A stretch of DNA of 64,000 nt, taken from NCBI GenBank assembly GCA_040954595.2, contig CM082579.2:6685625-6749624 (forward strand), in the 5' to 3' direction. The position numbers and the translations under genes were made by a program. This stretch comes from Balanoglossus misakiensis (lineage: Eukaryota; Animalia; Hemichordata). Shown here in pieces: positions 54,377 through 64,000 of the stretch. The notes below the pieces were generated by a model that saw only the letters and a list, made by a program, of their open reading frames with translations, searched no databases and was not told where the DNA came from. Numbering within the stretch: position 1 is the first letter of the stretch; each line of letters opens with the position of its first letter.

Positions 54377-57300
54377 CTAGTATGTCTTCTTTTCCTGGCT
54401 TACAACGAACAAGGACTTTTGGATGAAGTTTCCAACTGCATCTGAGGGTATGAAAACAGAGAATGGTCCGGTTATTTGCGGTTGACAAGAATTCCGATAA
54501 CATGCATCTTTGTTTGTCAACATGTTTTCGATTCACTTGTGAACAAGTAATATTATAAACTGATACAATTATCATATCACACTCGAAAAAAACCCAACGG
54601 GACTCGTATCAAACATAAACAATGGAAAAAGGGCAGCGAGAGATAGACTTTGTCCCTTTAATTAAACAATCATATATGTGCTGTCACCCGACTTGTAGAG
54701 AAGCAATCTCCCTCACCGGTTACTGTGTAGAAAGCAGATGGTTTATTCCACCGACTAAAATAGTAGGCTGGTATGCCGGTCAGAATGATAGCAAAACCAA
54801 TACCAGATTCGATCGGTGCGGCGATGATGCCCGTAATCAGCAGGTACACAGATACCACGAGATATGTGATGGGTATAACTAAGGGGACCTATAGAGAAAT
54901 TATAACATTTGGCGCAAATTCACACGGTATTTTAAACGTTGTAGGATAAGGAATCATGTGACAAGAATTCAATCAATCAATCTTCAATCAATCAATCATC
55001 AATCAATACGCACCTTGAAAGGTCTATTAAGATCAGGTCGTGTCAGCCGCAAATAGATCATGCCACAGAAACAGATGATTAAAAACAGCGATGAAGAAAT
55101 TGTTGAGTAGGTGAGGAGACTGGTGATCCCGACTCCCATCCAGGTGGACATGATAAAAGCTATCTACAATTATGAATAAGAATATAATTGATAAAATTAC
55201 ACTTGTGGGATCCTCACCAGATCTGTGCATATGATTTGGTACTCTATACTTGTATGGATACAGCAACTTGAAAAATATGGGCATATTTTGACTTCCTCGT
55301 TTCTATGTCTCCGAAACGCCCGGCACGATTCATAACTGCGACCTTCACCGACAATATAAACGTATTATAGTAGCGTATGTTCTCTTCCAACTCATTTCTC
55401 GTGTGTACTTACCAGAATAAGAGTTGCATTCATCAACAGTGATGGCATGGGCGTTCTGTAGTCAATGTGTACCATACCGATCGTAGCGGGCAGGTGGCCG
55501 TCACGAGCTGTCGCGAAAAACACCCTGTAGAACCAAAAAAAAAAATTCTGAATATACTGAATGCATAGTGTCGTGAGATTTAATGCTGAATTAATAGACA
55601 GGCTCAAATTAACAAATAATTATAAATAAATCACGTAAATGAGAGCATTCCATTCTTCGGGGGAGGGGAAACGTACCGTGCCATTGCCATGAACACGCTG
55701 TGTGCGGTACCAAATATTGAAAAGGCAACACAAATAGATATAGTCCAAGAGTAGGAACCAAATACGTAATCTGCAAATGTCTGAGAGGTAGAGAGATGGG
55801 GAAAGAGAGAGTGAGAGAGGGGGGAGGGAGAGAGAGAGAGAGAAGGGGGGGGGGGAGAATTACGTCGCTGGCAAAGTCAGGTTCATCTGAGGCAAGTCAG
55901 TGTTCAGCTCTAACTTGTCCGGAAATGTGTACACATTAAAGGCGCGAATCGAAAGTTGGGGGCCAGTAGGGATACTCAGTTTGTTTGTTTGTTTGTTTGT
56001 TTAAAAGTGTCGGAGACATTCCCACAAACTGATCAAATTTATTCGCCGTTTTCCCCGGAGCTGTCCGAGGAAATAACGGCAGCACCGATACATGATGGAA
56101 AAGACCGGGGCGATTGTGACAGAAACCGGACCTACCACGCCAACAGCACTGGAGGAAAGCAATTCAGCAGGTGACATGACAGTGAAGTAGGCGACGTTGG
56201 CCATCACGTACAGCAATGTGATTATCGTTATTGACGTCACGATGGCGACTGGAATATCTCTGAGTGGATTCTTCAACTCTTCTGTGAACACGTTAAGGGA
56301 GGGCCTGGAAAAGAAGGAAATTGAGCATCTTAGCCCCACAAGACTGTGTTGGGAGTGTTGAGTTTCCTCCATTGAAAATCCCGCTCTGTCTCGAACACCA
56401 CGTCTACGTGGAATCCCAACAGACAAGTGTTATGTTATCTGAAACTGGCTAAGGCATACAAAATAGCAACTTGAAAAGCATTATGGTTGGGGTCTAATAG
56501 TATCACGTGCTTGCGAATGATGATATTGAACGACTCGGCCTCTGTAGCATATGTGAGTTTTTGTACATAGCATATGCCTAGAGGCCGTTCGATCCCATTA
56601 TGATTCACATGCACTTGTGATCATGACTACTTCTAAACAACTTGCCATCCTGAAAACGCAAACATTGCTTGGTAGAACGCCAACGATACGTCCATGAAAG
56701 AATCGGGCTTCACATCGAAGGCATCTTCTAGATACTCTGTTTTACCTACACGTGGAAAAAAAATTGAATTTTGCGTTTACTAAAATGCGCTACTGCAGGC
56801 GGTACTTATAGTTTGAAGAAAGTGGAATCATTTGCCAATTGATCGAGCGAACTTGAGCGAAAACATATGCCATAGGATATCACAGTTCTTCTGTTTGTTT
56901 GTTTGTCTGTCTGTCTGTCTGTCCTATCTCAATTAAACACATCCGCACCGTCTTCATTAAAGTTAGACATCTCACCTTGTGATAGTTGCACAATGCCAGC
57001 GGCGATTATGACGAGCAACACTATTACCTTGGCAACGGTAAATATATTCTGAATGGAAGTTGCGGCGGTTACTTTCCAACAATTCACGAAGTATATGAAA
57101 GCTGGGAACAGAGCAGTACGAAAAGAGTGAGCAGTTCTACCAATTATGTTCCTTGTGGGTAATACACAGGTGCTTAATAGCGCTCATGGCTGGCCAAGCA
57201 GTATGTGTTCAAGGATTCATCATAAAATCGGGGGATGGCATCATACTAACACCACTGACTTACCTAACATAGCAAGTGCAATCAAGTCGAATGCTACATC

Positions 57301-57774
57301 GTCAGGCTCGCAGTTCGGAAAGAAAGGTTTGATGACGTAGCGTGCGAAGGAAAGAGAAAGAATGGTGCCCCCGATTGGAAGCGATATCAGAAGATAGTTC
57401 CACACCACTAAGAACGCCACCATGGGTCCGAACGCTTCTCTGATGTACGTGTACGTTCCACCCGACTTGCCGAAAGTCGTGCCGAGCTCGGCGTAAGACA
57501 GACCGCCGAGCATGACGATGACTCCGGCCAGCGCCCACACGACCAGCGACAGACCGACAGACTTGGTGTACAGGAGCACCCCCTTCGGCGAAATGAAAAT
57601 GCCCGACCCGACGACGTTTCCGACTATGATCATCACACAGACGAAGAGACTCAACTCTCTTTTCAGCGCCACTTTGTCTTCATCTCCATCGGTGGAACTT
57701 TTGCCGCCAGCCGCTTGGTCGTGATCGGTGGAGGTAGCTCTCTGCTCAAGCTGGCGTGCTCGCTTGCCTGCCAT
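54377..57774 (-). CDS. SLC7 family L-type/heteromeric amino acid transporter light chain (LAT/y+LAT/xCT/b0,+AT-like), ~502 aa, 9 exons
   Basis: Exons 57774-57264, 57101-56976, 56745-56646, 56304-56136, 55780-55677, 55524-55413, 55163-55014, 54888-54717, 54441-54377 (1509 nt). Motifs GSGIFISPKG, YAELGT, FPNCEP (Cys that bonds to the SLC3 heavy chain), FSGW..LN..TEELKNP and ARDGHLP. Intron 3 needs a GC donor. Confidence 0.93.
56502..56621. repeat. Degenerate inverted repeat (old MITE-like) in SLC7 intron 3
   Basis: ATCAC.GTGC.TG.GAAT...GGCCTCT..GCATATG pairs imperfectly with CATATGC.TAGAGGCC...ATTC.CA.GCAC..GTGAT. Confidence 0.5.
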
Positions 57775-58010
57775 TTTCGGTAAACTTTGGTTGTGGGCGT
57801 TTTTGTGACCCCTTTACCCCTTACAGTAGGTTTTATAATATAACAACAAGACAAGAATCATTAAACAAGCACATGATATTTATAAAGGAGATTGGGGGAT
57901 AAAAGTTTACCTCTACCTGTATAGTAGTTGTCACGGTTGTCGCCGTTCCATCCAACGCATTAACACCAAAACGGGTTACGGGTACGAAGACTAAGGCCTT
58001 ACATTTAATA

Positions 58011-58343
58011 CTGCAATGGGACAAAATACATATCAGTTCCACGTGTGTGGGCCGGTCTGGCTACAGAGGTGCACTGCTAAATTACACACATTTATGGGAG
58101 TTCACCCCCGACTGAATACACCAAAAATTCATGCAATACAAGAAAATACAGAAATACAATTGGAAGATTGACGCAAGTTCAAGACACCGATTACTTGTGC
58201 TGAAATGAGTCACTAGAATGCACCAAAATACAAAGCTTCAAGCAACAGGCAAGGTACACGGAAAAACTAACCTGCAATGGGACAAAATACATATCAGTTC
58301 CACGTGTGTGGCCGGTCTGGCTACAGAGGTGAACTGCTAAATT
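58011..58343. repeat. Near-identical ~72-bp direct repeat pair (58011-58083 and 58272-58343)
   Basis: CTGCAATGGGACAAAATACATATCAGTTCCACGTGTGTGG(G)CCGGTCTGGCTACAGAGGTG(C/A)ACTGCTAAATT occurs twice, with one substitution and one indel. Confidence 0.9.
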
Positions 58344-59217
58344 TTATGCACAATGTCCTTTGATACATCATAGTGCCAGATTAGCTTGTGTTCATTGGTC
58401 AATGAAACGTCCAGGTGGTTTGCATATAATTACGATCAACCAAATTGCAGGTAAGTACTCTTACGTCATATGAATAATTGAATAACTAATTACTGCAGCA
58501 TACAGGTATAACATACATACAGATAAACATACAAATTCAATGGATCAACGAGGCGTTACATAGTGAAATCAAAGACTGCAATGCTGAAGAATTTTGCTAA
58601 TTCAGATTGTTTCAAAATTATATTCAACACAGAGTGACCTCGAAACAATGTGATTGACATGGTGTTGTAACAAGCACACACTATAAAAACAAAGCATTTT
58701 GTTTGTTCTCTGTTCACCTGCCCAGGTCAACGAACGTGTCCCGTGAAACGTTTGATTTACTATAGACTCACACTTGACCTCGCAGAAGTCTTGCACGTTT
58801 GATTTGTTCGGAAATTAGGTTATTGGAGCAATATTTAGGCAACTCGAGTGGCGAAACACGCCAACTGAATTAAGACCAGTGATGATTCGTTATTATAGTG
58901 AAATTGTGTGGTGAAATGTATAGAATTTAATTTCAATAGTAAGTTTATCGTCTGGTCAGATGGGGTTGGTATTTATGCCAATGAAGTCTGGTTCAAGCTA
59001 CGAATAAAAATCATATACGAAGACAACAGTATGTACGTTTAAATCGGCTTTATTAAAAATGTTAAGACAATCATAGCCTATAAATACACGCGTCACCATA
59101 AAGCAGCTCACGGCTCTAGTCAATAAAACTTCACATTATTTTGGCTCTAATCAAAATAACAGAAGAAATCGGGGAAAAGATCTAAGCAACTGCTTAGTAA
59201 ATTTGAGTCCGTTCGTT

Positions 59218-62031
59218 TTACATATCGCTGATGTCGATCTTTGGTCTCAGGATGGAAATACTGCACTCGTATTTGGACTCCCTGCTGATCTTCTCCATCT
59301 CCATCTTGGTCTGTTCGGCGATCTCTTCCTGCGTCCAGGGACGGTACACCTTGGGCCACATGTCTGGTGTGAACAGCTGCTCGTAGAATCCGTCTTTACC
59401 GATGCCGGTCTGTGAAGAACAAAAAGTGAGTCAATATTAATACGTGGCATTTCTTCAAATTTCGGCTCTATTGCCCCGAAGAAAAAAAAACAACCCCCAC
59501 GCGATTCCAGAGCTAAATCATATTACATTCGCTGGTACGACTTGTGTAGTACGGGTTCACTAAAAATTTCACTTAACAATACTTACATGTCGGTGGAACA
59601 GATTCTTGACTTTGTTGGCGTATCTGTCTGGGTTTGTGTCTCCATCGAAGTTCCTGGTGTCCGCACGCACCACCAGAGAACCGCCAATGTAAAGTTCTTC
59701 CACCATCTCGCCGCTCTTGTAGACTCTGAACACGGCCTGTGGGAACGGTGAGCATTTGCTGTTGCTGACGTTGGCATCACCGGGAGTGAAGAATTCTGTA
59801 GCGCTCAGTTTTGGATACTTGCTAATCGTATCCTCGATTGATACTACGATGGCCAGTTTTGCGTCCGTGAACCAGTCCTGTTTCTTAACCCAGGCTTGGG
59901 GAAGTTCCCGGAGGTAATCAATTCGTCCAGCGGTAGGCTTGTCCGTCCTGGCGTCCTCGTCGGGCTTGACCAGCATGACGTCACAGAGGAATCCCTGGCC
60001 CATCTGATACAGAGACGAGACAACGCTGACGTGTTCTGTAAAAGATCGCAAAAGACAATACGTTAAAATGAATGTAAAGGTGATTGAATATTTAAAATGG
60101 AAGCTTAGAAGTGATTGACCTTTGGTGGAAAAAAATCTTATCACTTACTGACGACCCAGTCGCAAATTTCGTCCTGCTTGATAGGGCTGAAGACTTGTCT
60201 GTTCAACTCGATGCCATTGTAGGTGCTGCGCAGCATGTTGGTGAGAGTGCGCACGTTGTAGCGGAAGCCGTGGATGAACCCTGAAGCCACTCTTCTGTCA
60301 CGTGCCTGCATGGCTGTACCAATCACATACATGTCGGGAACGGTGGACTGCCAATGTTCATCCAGGATCGGGTACTTGCCTTCCGTGTGCGTCTCTGGAA
60401 AGTAACAAGTTTCGAATGTAGTCAAAATTATGTGTTTGAAATGCTTTTATGGAGTACAAAAATCAAGATGAGTCTCAGTTGTATGTCATTCTCCCTCAAG
60501 CTGCCATGCATTCTTCATGAACCATGAGAATTGGTTTCTTACCTGGTTTGCACGTCTCATCAAACATTCCAACGTTGATGAACTTCCACCCCGTGCAGGA
60601 GATGATCTTGTCGTACCCGCTGGTGACGAAGCGACCGGTGCCTGGTGGATCCCAGTTTGGCAGGTGCATGTCGTACTCGATGCTGAATTTGCCGTCTTCC
60701 GTCTTCCACACTCTGGTGGCCTCGCATTTACGCAAGGCGTGGAGAGACTTCAGATGGTACATGTCGAGGACGTTGTTGTTGACGGCTCTGAGATGACCCA
60801 CGAAGTGAGTGTCCCAAGCGAATTTGACCGGGTGCCTGTTGAACATGTGAATCAGACCCGCAGACCCAGCGAGATGATCGGCGACCTGGGGAAATGAATA
60901 AGAAAATAATAAGCCGTGCGTCAATGCCTTTTATAATACTAGTAGTCGACCCATACAAATTATAGTTTTTTTGCTTCACTTTTCGTTCCGTGGAGCAGCA
61001 ATAAAAACAAAAGTTCGCAATAAAGTGTACCGTTGGTGGAGTTCAATAGAGTGCAATGCATAAGACACTTCACTAACCTCGAAGGCACTGTTTCCACCTC
61101 CAAGAATGCACACTTTCTTGTTCTTGTACTCTTCCAAATCCAGCGAGTGGTCTTGGTAGGAGTCGATGAGTTCAATACCAGGAATTTGTGGGTGATGTGG
61201 CAGGATCGGCCCGGTGCCAATCATCAAAACTCGACACGTGAACCTGTTGCCCTTGTCGTCGGCCACGGTGAACCTTGATCTGGATTTATGGCCATCGGTC
61301 TTCTCGTCTCGGTGCACGTTGATGATGTTGGTGTTGTAACGGATGTTGGTTTTGTATTTCTTGCAGAAATCCTCAAAATATCTAATGGGGGTAATTGAAA
61401 TAATACGGGTTACGATCTGACATGTTTTTATTAATAAGTTCACAATTTTGCTATTGCGTAGATAACTTCGGGTATCTAGTTTTAGAATTTCAGTCGTAAA
61501 TTTCATCCATACACTTACTTGAGCAAGAGATCGGCATTAGGGAAGAGGTCGTCTGTATAGTTGGTGAAGAGCAACGGGTCCTCCTCCTCGCACAGCAACG
61601 AGTTCCAATCGTGACGCATGTTGAACTCGGGTTCGGGAAACACGTTGTACTTCTTGTTGATGGAGATGAGGTTGCGGTGGCGGGGATACTTTCGGGTGAA
61701 GGAACCAGGTCCGTCGGCTCTCTCCACGACCAGATAGTCCATCTTGTATTTCTCCATGTAGTAAGCCATCTGGATCCCAGCAGGGCCAGCGCCAACGACA
61801 ATGTACTCATAGTCTGTGTAAAGGGTAAAATTGTATATATGATGATGCATAATCGACCCACATATTCTCGATACTAAACCATCACAGCATCTCACAGTGC
61901 ACCATGCAGGTAAGGTAGGAGCGACTTTGAGCGAACCTTGGATGTAAGATGCACTTATATAGATTTACCGTACATCTATCGGCGAATAGCTCACAAGAGG
62001 GTATAAAAGACTTACCGGTCTTCTCGGCCAT
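59218..62031 (-). CDS. FOXRED2: FOXRED2-like FAD-dependent (pyridine nucleotide-disulfide oxidoreductase-type) flavoprotein, ~614 aa, 7 coding exons
   Basis: Exons 62031-62016, 61813-61519, 61381-61078, 60885-60543, 60394-60149, 60035-59587, 59409-59218 (1845 nt). FAD motif [29 protein letters not shown], second Rossmann [10 protein letters not shown] and SGFIHGFRY. The symbol denotes the family; orthology is unproven. A possible upstream exon ending at 62390 could extend the N-terminus. Confidence 0.88.
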
Positions 62032-62494
62032 ATTCGGTTGTTGTAGTTTTGCTACCAAAAAGTCCTGCGAAGTAAAATGGACAAACTTTGGTTAGTAACA
62101 CTGAAAAAAATTGTTCAAATCTTCCGGACCTTCCAGCAACCCTGACCAAACGGACGGTCATTTTCACAGCTGCGAACAACATTCGTCAACCAAGCAACAA
62201 CAGCTGCAATCAATGCAGCTGGGCAGCGGGTGCTCTCGCTCAGAACCATTTACCATCGTTACGAGTAAAATGGAAACATGCATATTGAAGGATGGTTTTG
62301 AGCGACCTGAGGAAGACTGTTTCTCGGCAGGCGAATCCTTCAGAATCTTTCACGGTCAAAGGTACGGAAGCTATGCGGAGAACACTTACCCAGACAGCCA
62401 AAAGGTATCGGTGACCAGCAGAGAACAGCTCCTGAAACATGCAGTGAGGACGTCTCAAAGTCTCAAGTGAGATTGTTAGAACATGAAATCTTGT

Positions 62495-62635
62495 CGAGCT
62501 TAAATAGGGTTTCGAGCAAGCTCAAAGTTTAAAATGGGTGGAGTTGACACATTTGTGTTTTCTTTTTACACGTTCCTTGTCGGAGGCGGAGCCGCGGGAC
62601 CAACGTTTATTTTGGCCCAGTACAGCCAATGAGCG
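62495..62635 (-). promoter_or_regulatory. Probable promoter of the FOXRED2-like gene
   Basis: TATTTAAG on minus strand (~62498-62505), GC box GGAGGCGGAG (~62582) and CCAAT (~62626). A donor site GTAAGT lies downstream at 62389. Confidence 0.4.
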
Positions 62636-64000
62636 CCGAGGGTCGAGGGACTAATGTTATTCTTAGAAGTCTCGTTCACGGCGTGGGTCTCGGGGGATTT
62701 TTGAGAGGTGTCAAACGACATGGGCGTTTTGTCGACTTTTCAGATCATGGGTTTCAACTCTGACATTTAAAATAAAAGTCGTGAGCGTAGTTTCTGAAAG
62801 ACGATTTTTGCCGTGAAATGTTTCTCGTGTCGGCTTGGACCACTTCTACACCACCTCGGTCTGTGTCGTTAGATTTCACCGTTGCACCTGTTATTTGGGG
62901 ACTGTACACGTTCGTACGGGGTTAATATTCCTTCTGGTGTTTTGCCACCACCCTCTCGTCCTCACCCCGCCACTGCCGATGATCATCCGGGTCATGGTCG
63001 CTCCATGCCCGGGCAAGAAATTATGAAATCAGTCGTCTTCAATCTGCGCTAAATAACGTACACTGCATGGTGTACAGTGTCGGGTGCTGTCCACTCGTTG
63101 CCGCTGCCTAACCTATGTCACCGTGTTTCGATATTTTTCTTAGAAAAATTCTAGTAATTTTAATCATAGACTACATGTACAGGTTTGTTCATTATGTGTT
63201 TTGAGAAACACCTGGCAATCTACTGTTTATTAAATCGATACTGATCAACAAGCGTGTTGTCTATGATAATTCGCCGATTATGTTGGCCATTAGCGACGAG
63301 GTGTGAACGTTTGACACCTGATACGAAACACAGGTGGGGGATGACAAACCATAGACCCTATGGACAAACCTTCAGACCATTGGCAGACATTTTTTGTAGT
63401 CAACTGACTTGTGACCGTGTCTCATCTGTATTTTAGGTAAAAATAATGTGTTATGTGTGTGTTCTAATGCATCAGTGTCCAAGCATTGGCTGTAGGTCGG
63501 TTACACCTTCTCGTCCCTGCTTTGAGAGAAATCTGTTGACGGGGTTGAAGACACACCCTTGTTAGGCAGGTGACAACGGTGTTGTCCTGCCGCCTTCCGT
63601 CCTAGTCGACCGGGGCGAGACGAATGCCCCAAAGAAACCAATGAAAACAGTAGGATATATCGAGCATGTAGGAAGGAGATACTGGATTTGAACATAGTGG
63701 TAGAATTATTTTGTAACTATAGGGTCAGCGTGGTTTTATTAGTGACAAAACGCGAACGTTGAAAGTTATAACACACAGAGTACATAGTTTAAAAAAAATA
63801 AGAAAGTGTGGGGTGTGTCGTTTCAAAATCGTTTCGTTCACGTAGGGGCTTTCTCAGGCCTACGGCTAGACTCACCCATTGGTCGCTTGGTAAATTTTTT
63901 GTCTGTATAAAGATTCGATGGTTCATCGTCTCGTAATTTTTACTCATTTTTTGTGTTTGGTTGTTTTGGGCGAGTTTCTGTACTGAGCTGAGTTTCGAAA

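Noticed and set aside
62835-63695. GC-richer patches that might be exons of a neighbouring gene
   Set aside because: No consistent frame, splice pair or protein motif was found.

Overview
Eukaryotic (animal) genomic DNA, as shown by spliceosomal introns, microsatellites and Pol III tRNA genes. Gene content and style suggest a marine invertebrate deuterostome; this is inference only. The first ~28 kb is almost gene-free. It holds one intronless PH-domain gene (14822-15460, minus) in a region rich in CRE, E-box, AP-1 and NF-kB-type motifs and small hairpin transposons. The rest is gene-dense: RRM1 (17 coding exons), an SDR16C retinol-dehydrogenase-like gene, a second intronless PH-domain paralog, three identical tRNA-Ser(GCT) genes each followed by a genomic CCA, a PIF/Harbinger-type non-autonomous element with a nested Tc1/mariner-type MITE, a PTS2-bearing 5-hydroxyisourate hydrolase, a WSCD-type sulfotransferase without WSC domains, an SLC7 light-chain amino acid transporter with a GC-AG intron, and a FOXRED2-like flavoprotein lacking ER-targeting signals. 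The most interesting candidates are the PH-domain pair (shared CxxC, PP2A-B56-type LxxIxE motif, basophilic kinase site and promoter layout), the FOXRED2-like gene and the CCA-encoding tRNA trio. Exon boundaries were derived by hand from splice signals, frame continuity and remembered family motifs. No database search was run.
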